A stretch of DNA of 64,000 nt, from NCBI GenBank assembly GCA_034521595.1, contig JAXHMG010000003.1, forward strand, positions 32,001 through 96,000, given 5' to 3'. A model generated the notes under the pieces. The model was not told the DNA's origin, did not search any database, and saw nothing but the letters and a program-made list of their open reading frames with translations. The DNA comes from Gemmatimonadota bacterium (GTDB taxonomy: Bacteria; Gemmatimonadota; Gemmatimonadetes; Longimicrobiales; Gaopeijiaceae). The position numbers were made by a program, and so were the translations under genes. Position 1 is the stretch's first letter. The number at the start of each line of letters is the position of its first letter. Shown here piece after piece: positions 39,766-50,279 of the stretch.

Positions 39766-41640
39766 TCAACCCCGGATCTCGGGAGCGGCGTCGTGAAAGG
39801 TGACCCGCCATACCCGGAGGTGCTCTTCCAGGCCGCGCACGTTCACTTCCAGGGACTGGAGCTCCGCTCCGAGCCGGAAGCACAGCTCGTCGACGCCCGG
39901 GTCCACCCGGACCGCATCGGAAAGGACGACATCGTTCCCGGCGGACACTGAGCCGAGGCGTGCGGCGATGTTGACGGTCGAGCCGAAGTAATCGAGTCGG
40001 TCGTTGAGCGTGACCGCGATACATGGGCCGTAGTGCACGCCCGCTTTCAACACGAGCGGGAGCTCCTTATCCGGGATCTCGCTGTCCGGGCGTCGCATCT
40101 CGGTCCCGCTCGCGAGTCGTGCTTGCGCCGTACGAACCGCCTCCATCGCATGTTGTGGCTCTTGGAAGACCGCCATGACCGCGTCGCCGATCGTCTTCAC
40201 GACCGCCCCTTCGTGCTCGCGCACGGCTTCGTCGAGCACTTCGAAGTGGCGCATCACACGCCTGTACGCGGGGGCGTCGCCGACGCGCCGATACATGCGC
40301 GTGGAGTCCTTCAGGTCGGTGAAGAGGATGGCGAGGCTACCGACGTTCATGAACGTGCCAGACCGTAACACCTCGTCGCTGAAGATGTCCCGAAAGTCCG
40401 CGAGCGCCGTGACCTCGGCGGCCGTTGCCGCGGTGTCCGCCCAGGCAATGCGCTCGATGTCGACGAGCACCTCCGAGTCCGTTTCGTTGTGGAGCGTGAC
40501 CTGGGCTCTCGGATGCACGGCCGAGTGGACCTCGCCCCAACCGCTCGGGAGGAGCTTGACCGTGACGTGCTCGACACCCTCCGTAGAGACCTCGAAGGCA
40601 GGACCGCCCGGCACGCCCCAGGCCCGCAACCGGTGGCGCCCGGGTTCCAGCACCCCGTGGACCGCCCGGCGCTCGGACGGCGCGAGGAGCTGTTGAACCT
40701 CGATGTGTGGCGTGATCTGGGGCCCGGCGACGCAAAATTCGGGAGCGTGAACCGGACGAATCGCCGCCGTGGGCCTGAAGGATACTTCAACCGAGTTGGC
40801 GAAATCGCGGGAAAACGTGACGTCACAGCTCTCGCAGTGGGTGCTCCCTTCGCGCATGCGGGCGAGCGACGTGACACGGTCTTTCGCCCCCAGGCAGCGA
40901 GGACAGATCACGTCCCACGTCAGATCGAGTAGGCCTGCGCGAGTGGCCTGCATGCAGGTGTGCAGCGTTTCACGGCGCTCGGTCCCCCATGCGTCCGCTC
41001 GCTCGTAGGGCCGGATCCGGGCGAGGCTCATCTCGTCGGCGGTGGCTACGTACCTTAGGATTTGCTCCGTGAGTTCCGGACGGACGCCTGTTTCGGCGAG
41101 GCGTTTCCCCGCCCGCCGTAGGCGAGGAAGCCGACGGCGGGGAAGCGCTTCGGGGGCATCCTGGGCATCGCTCTGTCCGACCACCTGTTCCGCGTACCTC
41201 TTGAAGGTACGCCCGAATGTGGCACGGCTGATCACACCGATCTGAATCGGAGTCGTGACGAGACCGAAGATGCCTCGTGGGCGGGCGTGCACCCGATAGG
41301 TGAGGTGCGTCCGGTGCGGACCCGCTTCCTCCAGGGTGGCGAGGACCCTCATCTCACGAAGCGGCCCCCGGCTGTACCGGCGGACGACTCCGAAGCGCCA
41401 CGGCTTCACCCACTCGAAGGGCAGCTCTTCCCACTCCAGGGTGACGCCCTTCACACGCAGATGCAGCTGTCGGCGTGCGTTGGTGGCGATCCGACCGTCG
41501 CTGGTGGGTTGCTCCTGGACGGGAGGCAACCCTACGTCGCGGTTGAAGCGGTTCGTGTCGGAGACGAGGGGCCACAGGGCTTCAGGCGATGCGGGCAGTG
41601 TCCAGGACCACTCGTACTCGAATTCACGAGGAAGCCCCAT
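39766..41640 (-). CDS. Class III adenylate/guanylate cyclase with SRPBCC-like and DUF5939-like N-terminal domains
   Basis: FTDLKDST, VKTIGDAVMA, DYFGSTVNIAARL; central CPRC...CESC. Confidence 0.85.
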   Translation of the reverse strand: MGLPREFEYEWSWTLPASPEALWPLVSDTNRFNRDVGLPPVQEQPTSDGRIATNARRQLHLRVKGVTLEWEELPFEWVKPWRFGVVRRYSRGPLREMRVLATLEEAGPHRTHLTYRVHARPRGIFGLVTTPIQIGVISRATFGRTFKRYAEQVVGQSDAQDAPEALPRRRLPRLRRAGKRLAETGVRPELTEQILRYVATADEMSLARIRPYERADAWGTERRETLHTCMQATRAGLLDLTWDVICPRCLGAKDRVTSLARMREGSTHCESCDVTFSRDFANSVEVSFRPTAAIRPVHAPEFCVAGPQITPHIEVQQLLAPSERRAVHGVLEPGRHRLRAWGVPGGPAFEVSTEGVEHVTVKLLPSGWGEVHSAVHPRAQVTLHNETDSEVLVDIERIAWADTAATAAEVTALADFRDIFSDEVLRSGTFMNVGSLAILFTDLKDSTRMYRRVGDAPAYRRVMRHFEVLDEAVREHEGAVVKTIGDAVMAVFQEPQHAMEAVRTAQARLASGTEMRRPDSEIPDKELPLVLKAGVHYGPCIAVTLNDRLDYFGSTVNIAARLGSVSAGNDVVLSDAVRVDPGVDELCFRLGAELQSLEVNVRGLEEHLRVWRVTFHDAAPEIRG

Positions 41641-41670
41641 CTCTCCTCCCCATCACGTTGCCTCGGATTC

Positions 41671-42144
41671 TCAAGAGGTCGAGTCCGAGGTCGCGACTCC
41701 CGCCTCGTCCAACACCGTCTGGAGGCTGTCGCGGAGCGCGTTGTGACGCTCGATCGTCGATCGACACGCGGCTTCGGCATTGCGCAGGCGCTCGACCCGG
41801 GCATCCCACGCATCGACCGAGTCGTTGTAGCGTTCGAACGACTCCATGTACTCGTCGTACTGGTCTTCCGGAACCCCGCGGGCGTCGAGCGCCTCGAAGC
41901 TATCCACCTGCGAGCGGAGCGACGTGATGACGTCGTCGAACTCGCGGAGGCGTGTCTCGGAGCTCTCGACGGTGCCCCTGCAGCGCTGGGCGGATGCCCG
42001 CGCCTGGAAGAGCTCGCTCCGGAGCCTGGTGATCTCCGACGAGACCCGTTGGCGCTCGAGGATCCGGTCGACACCCAGGAAGAGCAGGGCGGCCGCGCCG
42101 AGCGAGAGGAGGACCGGGAGCATCGAGCGGAGCTTCTGATTCAC
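41671..42144 (-). CDS. Hypothetical membrane-anchored coiled-coil protein
   Basis: N-terminal TM segment, helical body; overlaps the upstream MCO region closely. Confidence 0.65.
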   Translation of the reverse strand: MNQKLRSMLPVLLSLGAAALLFLGVDRILERQRVSSEITRLRSELFQARASAQRCRGTVESSETRLREFDDVITSLRSQVDSFEALDARGVPEDQYDEYMESFERYNDSVDAWDARVERLRNAEAACRSTIERHNALRDSLQTVLDEAGVATSDSTS

Positions 42145-42187
42145 CGTGCCCCACCCCGGTCTCGGAGGCGTCGCGGACGGACGTCTC

Positions 42188-43876
42188 TCACGGATCGACG
42201 GTGAATCCGAACATCATCCCGGCTTCCAGGTGCTCGGCGATGTGGCAGTGAAGCATCCATTCGCCCGGATTGGACATCTCGACCAGGAGGTCCATGGTGG
42301 AGCCGACGGGAACGATCGCCGTGTCCTTCCACACCAGGTTCTCGTTCCGGACCCCGTCCATCGCGAGCACGAGGAACCGCTGGCCGTGGATGTGGATCGG
42401 ATGGTTCATGGGGTGGAAGGAGTCGGGTGAGTTGAAGATCCGGATCTTCACCACGTCTCCGACGTCGAAGCGCCAGTCGATCTCGTCGTTCTCGGCGCCC
42501 GTATCGCGGTCGCGCAGGATCCAGGTGACCTGTTCGCCGGTCGAGAGCCAGTTCATCATCGGCATCCCGTCGTTCCACTCGACCGGTGGATAGTAGAGCG
42601 TGTCGGCCTCCATGGAGAGCATGATGGAGGGATGGAGGTTCCGGACCCGCACGGTCGTCTCCAGCTCGTGGTCGGGCTCTCGGTCGAACCACGGACGAAA
42701 CGCCTCGATCTCCTCCTGCACGGCCTCGTGCTCTCTCAACGTGGTGAACGCCTCGGAGAGGTCGGGCTCGGCGGGTTCGTCGGCGACCGTCACGAGCGAG
42801 AGCGTGTCCACGTGCGGGTAGAATTCACCGCGGAAGTGATTGACGGCCTGGATGGTGTTCGCGATGGCGACCTCACCTGGATCGTCGAACATCACGTCCA
42901 CCACGTAGCGCTCCGCGGGTCCGATGACCACGGACTCGGTCCATTGCTCGCGCTCGTAGCGGCCGATGTCCGAGGCGACGATCTTCACCCGAGCGCTCCC
43001 GAACGTGACGTTGAACGTGCGGGTGTTGGCGACGTTCGTGAGGAAGAAGCGCACCACTTCCCCCCGCTTCACGTCGAGGGTGTGCTCGGTCTCGCCATTG
43101 ACCATCATCACGTTGCCGAAGCGACCCATGAGCGCGTGCGTGGCCGCGCTCTCGCCCCACGGTAGGGCCCCCTCGTCGTCCACGAGCAGATCGTCGAGCA
43201 CGAAGACCTCCTCCCGGTGGGAGGGCCCGTAGTATTCCGGGTCCGGCGACGTCACGTGCAGGTTGCCGAACAGTCCGAGGTCCTGTTGGACGTCTTCGCG
43301 GACGTGCGGGTGGTACCAAAACATGCCCGCATCGGGAACATGGACCTCGTAGGTGAAGCTCTCACCCTGCTCGATCGGGTCCTGGGTCAGCTCCGGTACG
43401 CCGTCGTACCGATTCTCGAGACGGATGCCGTGCCAGTGGATGGTCGTCGGCATCTGGATGTCGTTCGTTACTTCGACCACGAGCGTCGCGTCCTGGGGCG
43501 CCTGGATCAGGGGACCCGGGTACTGCTCGTTGTAGCCGTACATGACCATCTCGTGGCCTTCGATCGTGCGGCGCACCATCGACACCGAGATGTCGAGGGT
43601 GTCCCCGTCCTCCATCTCCACCACCTCGGATGGACGCGCCTCCGGGAACATCGAGGGATCCATGCCCTCGCCCGGCAGGAACGGCTCCACGACCGGGGTC
43701 GCGGTCTCGAGTCCGGGGAGCATCGGCATGTTCGGGTCCATGGGGACCATGCGCCAGCCGCCCTCCATGTCCATGCCTTCCATCTCGTGGCCCTCGTGCT
43801 GAGCCGCGGAGACGGACGGCATACACGCCAGGAGCGCCGCGACGGCGAGGGCTCGGCATACGACAGTGCGTGCCAC
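42188..43876 (-). CDS. Multicopper oxidase (CueO/CopA-like) with Met-rich N-terminus
   Basis: HWHG, WYHPH, HPIHIHG, HCHIAEHLEAGM. Confidence 0.92.
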   Translation of the reverse strand: MARTVVCRALAVAALLACMPSVSAAQHEGHEMEGMDMEGGWRMVPMDPNMPMLPGLETATPVVEPFLPGEGMDPSMFPEARPSEVVEMEDGDTLDISVSMVRRTIEGHEMVMYGYNEQYPGPLIQAPQDATLVVEVTNDIQMPTTIHWHGIRLENRYDGVPELTQDPIEQGESFTYEVHVPDAGMFWYHPHVREDVQQDLGLFGNLHVTSPDPEYYGPSHREEVFVLDDLLVDDEGALPWGESAATHALMGRFGNVMMVNGETEHTLDVKRGEVVRFFLTNVANTRTFNVTFGSARVKIVASDIGRYEREQWTESVVIGPAERYVVDVMFDDPGEVAIANTIQAVNHFRGEFYPHVDTLSLVTVADEPAEPDLSEAFTTLREHEAVQEEIEAFRPWFDREPDHELETTVRVRNLHPSIMLSMEADTLYYPPVEWNDGMPMMNWLSTGEQVTWILRDRDTGAENDEIDWRFDVGDVVKIRIFNSPDSFHPMNHPIHIHGQRFLVLAMDGVRNENLVWKDTAIVPVGSTMDLLVEMSNPGEWMLHCHIAEHLEAGMMFGFTVDP

Positions 43877-43877
43877 G

Positions 43878-44450
43878 TCAGCTCCCGAAGCCGTACGAGG
43901 CGCAGTTCTCCTGCTGCAGCGCGCCGTGTCCGAGCATCGTGTGCATCGCACCACTCCGCGACATGCCTCGGAAGACGACGGGCCCCGACCAACGATCTCC
44001 GTCCGGGGCGTCCGCCGGCTCGAGCGTGACGACAACGAGAAACTTGTTCCAGGACACGGGACCGCCGGCACGGAGGTTCTCGTCGAATGCGGTCAGCCGC
44101 TCGACCCGGTCGAGGTCGGGCGTGGTGAGCCAAGCGACGAGCCGGCCGGAATCGGGCGGGCGCATGCGCTCGATGGAGATGTCGACATGGTACACGTAGC
44201 TCCCGTCGGAGCTGACGGCGACCGGAAAGGGTGAGGCCGGGGGAAAGCTGACCTCCGCCCTGGCGCGGGCCGTGCCGGTTCCCGGAATGTTCTTGGTCGA
44301 AGAAAGCTCGAACCCGTAGAACTCGGGCCCCGAGGGGACGCCGCAGAATGCGGCCGGGCCCTCGGCGGATACCTGCGCCACCGGAGCGGGCATGCCCGGG
44401 GTGAGCGCCGGCACTATCAACGTTAGAAAGAGAAGGGCGTTGTTCGTCAC
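43878..44450 (-). CDS. Hypothetical secreted protein, co-oriented with the MCO gene
   Basis: Signal-like N-terminus; stop abuts the MCO start; start uncertain. Confidence 0.6.
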   Translation of the reverse strand: MTNNALLFLTLIVPALTPGMPAPVAQVSAEGPAAFCGVPSGPEFYGFELSSTKNIPGTGTARARAEVSFPPASPFPVAVSSDGSYVYHVDISIERMRPPDSGRLVAWLTTPDLDRVERLTAFDENLRAGGPVSWNKFLVVVTLEPADAPDGDRWSGPVVFRGMSRSGAMHTMLGHGALQQENCASYGFGS

Positions 44451-44662
44451 GTCGATCCCCTGTGGAACGGTGGCCTTCGATCGTCCGCCGGTGGGCGATT
44501 CGCGCCCGCGGCGTTGCATGAGCCTACACGCGAGCGGCTGAAATGAGCCTATTCGGGTGACTGGTGGACGACAAGGCGAGGGGCGCGAGCCCTCGTTCTC
44601 GCGGCGCCCCGTCTTTATCCTACCCGGACTGCGACCCGTGTCCCGAACCTGTGAGTATTGCC

Positions 44663-45061
44663 ATGGCTGATGGCTCCCGGCATGAATTCATCGCCTCACC
44701 CGAGCTCCCCGCACCCATCGGGCCGTACTCACCGGGGGTGGCTTGGGACCGCATCGTGATGGTGTCGGGGCAGGGAGCCACCGATCCGGCCACGGGGGAG
44801 CTCGCGGGTCCGGACGTGGAAACCCAGACCGAGCAGGTGTTCCGAAACATCGAATCGATCCTCGTCGCCGCCGGGACGGATCTCTCCAGGGTTTTGCGAT
44901 GCGGGGTCTTCCTGGTCGACCTGAGAGACTTCGAAGCGATGAATGCCGTTTACGCGCGTTGGTTCGGCCACCACAAGCCGGCGCGCACGACGGTTCAGGT
45001 GGCCTCGCTACCCGACCCGGGACTCCGGGTGGAGATCGACGCGATCGCGTATCGGCCGTAG
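44663..45061 (+). CDS. RidA/YjgF family protein (cytoplasmic)
   Basis: PIGPYS, SGQG, MNAVY, PARTTV, VEIDAIA. Confidence 0.88.
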   Translation: MADGSRHEFIASPELPAPIGPYSPGVAWDRIVMVSGQGATDPATGELAGPDVETQTEQVFRNIESILVAAGTDLSRVLRCGVFLVDLRDFEAMNAVYARWFGHHKPARTTVQVASLPDPGLRVEIDAIAYRP

Positions 45062-45162
45062 TCCGTCGTCGCACTTCAGACGACGGCATCGCGAATGCGT
45101 CCACGGGCCGGCGACCCGATGCCGGGGCGACTCGATCTCGAGTCGCCCCGGCACGGCGCTCG

Positions 45163-46512
45163 TCAATGCCGTCGGCTGATCGGACCCTGGATCAGCGATT
45201 CGTCCCACTTCTGGGCCGAGGAGATGTCCGGCACGCCCCATCGCTCACCGTTCCAGCCCTGAAAGCCGTCCATGCGGAACGTCCAGAATCCGGTCGACAT
45301 ATCGCTGACGACGATGAGGCCGTCCTCGTTGCGCACGTCCACGCCGAACGCGCCGTTGAACATGGAGTAGCGGTCGGTGTTCGGCGGTCCCAGGTAGGTG
45401 TCGTAATACCCCACCGTCACGGGATTCTCGGGATCCTGCATGTTGAAGATCTGGAGGCCGTCGAGGTATCCGGAGACGAACACGTAGGGCCACCGGACTT
45501 CGTGATTGTGCACCAGGTTCTGCCAGTCCGCCGTCCATGCGGAGATCGGCGAGCTGATGTTGGACTGCTCGCCGTCGAGCGCGGGCTGGAGGTCGAAGAT
45601 GCGTAGCGGCGCGTACTGGTATTCCGTCTCCGCGATGACGTAGCGGCCGTCCGGTGTCGGAGTGAACGTGTGTCCGTAGTTCACGCCCGAGACGCCCGTC
45701 AGCGTGATGCGCAGCTCTGGCGCTTGAAGGTCCGAGACGTCGTAGATGTAGTAGCCGCCCGTACCGCCCCCATAGAAGCGGTCTTCCCCCGAATCGGGGT
45801 GATAACCCACGTAGAAATCGTGGTATCCTCGGCCGCTTCCGCGCCCGAGCGCGGACTCGGGAACGGGAACCATCCCGACGCGCGCGTTCTCGATGTCGCC
45901 TTCGACGATCATGCCGAGGTCGTAGACCAGGGCCCCGGGAGCGTTGGCGGTCGTGAACAGATAGACCCGATCGTCCGAGTGCTTGTAGATGAAGATGTTG
46001 TGGAACCCGCCCGGCATCTCGGGCTCGCGGATGCGCGCGACCTCTTCCACGGAGCTCGGGTCGGGCAAGCCGGTGACATCGAGGATGACGGCTCCGAGGT
46101 CCGAATTCGGGCCGCCCTGCCCGAACTGGAGGGACTGCACCGCGTAGTAGCGGTCGTTCCACTTGAAGTGCTTCGTATCCATCCCTCCGGTCGGGAGGTG
46201 CAGGTCCTGGTCCTCGATCCGCCACTCGTAGAGGAGCTCCGGCTGCTCGGGATCTTCGATGCTGATGATGTCGAGACCCTTCGGGCCCACGGGACCGTAC
46301 TGCATCCGCGCGACATAGGCGTAGGGTCGGTCGAGCTCCTGCTCCACCTCCATGTCCGCGACCGAGAGCCTGGGGCCCAACGGCAGGTGGCCGAGCACCT
46401 CGATGTTGTCGCTTCCGCGGTCGGCGGGCGTCCAGGGTGTTTCCTGTGCGGCCAGCGGGGCGAAGGATACCGCGAGCAACGCGGTGGTCACGAACGTGTG
46501 GAGCATCTTCAT
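45163..46512 (-). CDS. Secreted LVIVD-repeat / choice-of-anchor B-like beta-propeller protein
   Basis: Signal peptide; repeats such as LQIFNMQDPENPVTVGYYDT; HN/HD/HT motifs. Confidence 0.75.
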   Translation of the reverse strand: MKMLHTFVTTALLAVSFAPLAAQETPWTPADRGSDNIEVLGHLPLGPRLSVADMEVEQELDRPYAYVARMQYGPVGPKGLDIISIEDPEQPELLYEWRIEDQDLHLPTGGMDTKHFKWNDRYYAVQSLQFGQGGPNSDLGAVILDVTGLPDPSSVEEVARIREPEMPGGFHNIFIYKHSDDRVYLFTTANAPGALVYDLGMIVEGDIENARVGMVPVPESALGRGSGRGYHDFYVGYHPDSGEDRFYGGGTGGYYIYDVSDLQAPELRITLTGVSGVNYGHTFTPTPDGRYVIAETEYQYAPLRIFDLQPALDGEQSNISSPISAWTADWQNLVHNHEVRWPYVFVSGYLDGLQIFNMQDPENPVTVGYYDTYLGPPNTDRYSMFNGAFGVDVRNEDGLIVVSDMSTGFWTFRMDGFQGWNGERWGVPDISSAQKWDESLIQGPISRRH

Positions 46513-46608
46513 CGGGCACCTCTCGAAGGTCACGAAACGGACGAGGAGCCAAGGTGGCGTGGCGATGGCCCGAGGGCAACCGGAGCCGTGGCGCGCCCGG
46601 GTCCCTCC

Positions 46609-47766
46609 CTACACGAGCGAGAGTATCGTCGCGGCCAGGCGCTCGTCGTCGTAGTAAGGGGCACGCTCCGGGGTGAGGAGGCGAGTATCGACGAGCTCGA
46701 TCCCGAGATCCTGGAGAAAGTGGGACGTCCCGTCCGAAAGGGTGACCGCCTCCGGGTCGACGACGACGTAGCGCACGAGACGGGCCGGGGCCGCGTGCTC
46801 CGATGTCCCCTCATCGAGACACGCGAGGAGCCGCAGCACCTTCCGGCGGAGGTCCAGCCCCCGTTCCTCGGGGTCCGTCCCGTCGGGGTTGGGCACGTAG
46901 ACCTTGGGAGCGTCCGAGCGGACCACGGCATCGGCCACGCCGTCCGGCAGGAGGGTCGCGAGGAGGCTGGAGTAAAAGCTCCCCACGGGGTAGCAGATCA
47001 GGTCCGCTCCCTCGATCAGGCGGGCCACGGCCTTGTCGATTGGGACGCGGTGAGGGGCCGGGCGCATGAGGGATTCGGTCAGGAAGAGGCGCTCCACCGG
47101 TGACGTGAGCGGTGGAGCGCCCTTCCCGGTGATGCGGTGTTGGCCCGCGACGCGGCGACCGTCACGAAGCTCGGCCGCGAGATGGAGATCCGCGTCCACG
47201 ATCGGGCGGACCACGCCCTGCGTCTTCACGAGGCGGGAGAAGAAGTGCACCACGCGCTCGAGATCACGGTCCTGGCTCAGGTAGCCACCGGTGAGCACCA
47301 GGTTGCCGATCGCGGCTCCACGCAGGTCGAAGGTCCGGGGCATGGCATCGACGAAGTAGTCGAGGTGGTTGCGCACGATCCCGCGAAGCGGCTCGGGTAT
47401 GGCGGCCACGAGCGGGTCCGATCCGGCCACCATCCGCGCCAAGTGGGCGTTCAAGGCCTCGGGCTCACCCTCCGAGGGAAGCCGGAACGCCAGGAGGTCG
47501 TGGAGCTCCCGGGTGCCGCTGGTCGTTGGGTCCGCCAGCGCGAGGAGACGGTTCCGGAGGTCGCCCACGGCCGGCATGCGGAAAGCCCGCCGCAGCTCCG
47601 CGCTGCTTCCTCCGGAGTCGAACGGCGTGACCAGATGGATGGAGTTGTGGGTGAGCTCCACGAGATGCCGGCTCAGCGTGCGGAGTCCGTTGCCGCCGCT
47701 GAAGAAGAGCGGGGCGGGTCCGAGCTCCGGGGCATGGCGGTAGCGCTCGAGGGGAACTGCGGTCAT
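46609..47766 (-). CDS. GAK-system CofD-like (YvcK/CofD family) protein
   Basis: FFSGG, THNSIHLVTPFDSGGSS, MPAVGDLRNRL, GQHRITGK, CYPVGSFYSS, GTDPEE. Confidence 0.8.
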   Translation of the reverse strand: MTAVPLERYRHAPELGPAPLFFSGGNGLRTLSRHLVELTHNSIHLVTPFDSGGSSAELRRAFRMPAVGDLRNRLLALADPTTSGTRELHDLLAFRLPSEGEPEALNAHLARMVAGSDPLVAAIPEPLRGIVRNHLDYFVDAMPRTFDLRGAAIGNLVLTGGYLSQDRDLERVVHFFSRLVKTQGVVRPIVDADLHLAAELRDGRRVAGQHRITGKGAPPLTSPVERLFLTESLMRPAPHRVPIDKAVARLIEGADLICYPVGSFYSSLLATLLPDGVADAVVRSDAPKVYVPNPDGTDPEERGLDLRRKVLRLLACLDEGTSEHAAPARLVRYVVVDPEAVTLSDGTSHFLQDLGIELVDTRLLTPERAPYYDDERLAATILSLV

Positions 47767-47892
47767 GCCTAGCTCCGTGCCGATGCGACGCGAGGACCTG
47801 TGACTCGTGCGGTCGGGGCTGTCGCATGAGGCTACCGATGTAGGAGCGGCGGAGCCAGCCTCCCACGAACAGGTGCGGGGCAGGGCTTCGGG

Positions 47893-50112
47893 CTACCGTC
47901 CCCCGCCGGAGGGGACGCGGCTGGGCTCGATCGGCTCCACGGAGGGAGGCGCTACGGCGTGCCAGGCCCGCTCCAGCCATCCGAGCACGCCGCCGCGGCA
48001 CTGTTCCACGCGGACCGAACCGGCCTGTACCCATGCTTCCTCGGGCTCGGTTCCGGATCGGGTGGCACAGCCTCGCTCGATGGCCCGGCCCGTCACCGGA
48101 TCGTAGCGGACCCGCTCGACACCGATCGGTCGTGGCCACGTCGTACGCGACCGTGCCTCCGTTCCTTCGAGGGCGTCCATCCATCGGGCCCACGCCGGGG
48201 CGGCGAGGGCGCCCCCACCCGCATCCGGAACGATCTCCGCCGGATCGTCGAACCCGAGCCAGATCCCGCTGACCAGGCCGGGCGTGAGCCCCACGAACCA
48301 CGCATCTTTCCCGTTGTTGGTGGTGCCTGTCTTGCCGGCCGCGGGGCCGCGGTATCCTTCGTGCCTCACGCTGACGGCGGTGCCCCGGTCGACGACGTCG
48401 CGCATCGCGTCCAGAACGACGAAGCTCGTCGTGGGGGCCAGCGCCGGGTCACCGTCCGTAGGATTCGGCCGTGTCCAGAGGACGGTGCCGTCTCTGTCCT
48501 CGACGCGCTCGATGAGGTGGGGCTCCACCATTCGCCCTCCGTTTCCGAACACGGCGTAAGCCCCGGTCATGTCGAGCAGCGACGCATCGAACGCCCCGAT
48601 GGAGGTGGAGGGGACTTCCGGGATCGGGCTGTCGATGCCGACGTTCCTCCCCACCGCGCCGAGTGCGTCGAGCCCGAGGTCCATGGCGAGATGGGCCGCG
48701 GCACGGTTCGAGGAGCGTACGAGCGCCTCGCGCAAGGGTAGCACCGTTTCGTCCACGTGGTCGGCGGGCAGCCACGGCCCGCTCGCGCTCTGGATGGGCA
48801 CCGTGTCCGCCGAGACCGGCGCCAGCATCCCGAGCCCACGCTCCAGCGCGGAGGCCACCAGGAACGGCTTGATCAGCGATCCGACCTGGCGCTCGGCCTG
48901 GTCCACCCGGTCGAACTCGGAATCCGTGAAGGCTCGGCCGCCGACCCAGGCGCGTACGGCGCCGGTCCGCGGGTCGAGGGCCACCGCCGCCCCCTGGAGG
49001 CGATCGGCCGTGTCGCGCGGCGTGAAGGGGCCGTAAGCACCTCGCTCGATGGCGCCGATCTGTGCCAGGAGCGCGTGTTCTCCCTGTTCCTGGACTCGGG
49101 GGTCGATGGTCGTGAAGATCCGCAGACCCGATCGACCCGCCAGCTCGGAGGTCACGGCGCGCAGTTCCCGGGTGGCCGCGGCACTCAGGTAGCTTCGGTG
49201 TCGCCGGAGCTCCAGGTGAAGAGATGTGCCCAACGGCTCCGAGCGGGCGGCTTCGACCTCTTCCGTCGAGGCGATCCCTTCCTCGTGGAGGATGCCCAGG
49301 ACGACGTTCCGCCTGGCGCGCGCACGTTCGGGGTGCCGTCGGGGCTCGTAACGCTCGGGGCCGCGCGTCATTCCGACCAGCGTCGCGACCTGGCCGAGGT
49401 CGAGCGCGTCGACCCCCTTCCCGAAGTAGTGCTGCGAGGCCCGTTCAATGCCGTAGATTCCGTTCCCCATGTAGATGGCGTTGAGGTAAAGCGTGAGCAC
49501 CCGCTCGTGGCCGAGCCGTTCGATCAAGCGCGGCGCGGTCAACGCTTCGATGACTTTTCGCCGCCAAGGCCCCACCCCCCGGAGGGATTCGCTCCAGAGC
49601 GTTCGCACGAGCTGCATCGGGATGGTGCTCGCTCCTTCCTCGACCTCGCCGGCCCGGAGGTTCCTGAAGGCCGCCCGCATGACGCCTCTGCCGTCGACGC
49701 CGCCGTGGTCCCAAAATCGGCGGTCTTCCACGGCGACGAAGGCATCGCGCACGAGCTCCGGAATCTCTTCGGCGTCGAGAGAACGACGGAGCGGCCCGGC
49801 GACCTCCGCGAGGGTGCTCCCATCTCTGCCCACCAGCTCGATCGCCTCGGGTAGGGGCTCGCCCGCCTCGAGCTCCGTCAGCGTGAGACAGGCCTCCTCG
49901 GGCGCGCACGACACGGAGAATGTCCGGGTCACGGTCACCCAGCCGATGAGCACGAGGCCCAGCAGCCAAACGAGATGGATCCCGCGACGGTGAAGCGCAC
50001 GCCGCAGCGTGCGCGGAAGTCGTCGGAAGCTCCGGGACGGACCATCCTTCCGGTCGGAGAGGTCCACGTCGGGACCACCGGGGGTGCCCAAGGGGTCTAT
50101 GGGGAAGCTCAT
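47893..50112 (-). CDS. Class A penicillin-binding protein (transglycosylase/transpeptidase)
   Basis: EDRRFWDH, GASTIPMQL, YLNAIYMG; SLIK, SSN, KTGT. Confidence 0.93.
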   Translation of the reverse strand: MSFPIDPLGTPGGPDVDLSDRKDGPSRSFRRLPRTLRRALHRRGIHLVWLLGLVLIGWVTVTRTFSVSCAPEEACLTLTELEAGEPLPEAIELVGRDGSTLAEVAGPLRRSLDAEEIPELVRDAFVAVEDRRFWDHGGVDGRGVMRAAFRNLRAGEVEEGASTIPMQLVRTLWSESLRGVGPWRRKVIEALTAPRLIERLGHERVLTLYLNAIYMGNGIYGIERASQHYFGKGVDALDLGQVATLVGMTRGPERYEPRRHPERARARRNVVLGILHEEGIASTEEVEAARSEPLGTSLHLELRRHRSYLSAAATRELRAVTSELAGRSGLRIFTTIDPRVQEQGEHALLAQIGAIERGAYGPFTPRDTADRLQGAAVALDPRTGAVRAWVGGRAFTDSEFDRVDQAERQVGSLIKPFLVASALERGLGMLAPVSADTVPIQSASGPWLPADHVDETVLPLREALVRSSNRAAAHLAMDLGLDALGAVGRNVGIDSPIPEVPSTSIGAFDASLLDMTGAYAVFGNGGRMVEPHLIERVEDRDGTVLWTRPNPTDGDPALAPTTSFVVLDAMRDVVDRGTAVSVRHEGYRGPAAGKTGTTNNGKDAWFVGLTPGLVSGIWLGFDDPAEIVPDAGGGALAAPAWARWMDALEGTEARSRTTWPRPIGVERVRYDPVTGRAIERGCATRSGTEPEEAWVQAGSVRVEQCRGGVLGWLERAWHAVAPPSVEPIEPSRVPSGGGR

Positions 50113-50279
50113 CAGCTCGTCGTCAGAGTTCGTCAGGGTTCCGGGTCATCAGGGATGAAGGAATCGTGCCAGTCGCTCGTCACGCTCCACATGGTCCGGG
50201 AATTGCTGGTAGTCACACCTATCCGTACCGGCGCGCTCGTACCGGCGCGGCGAGTCGGACATCACATCCAGGAGATTCG

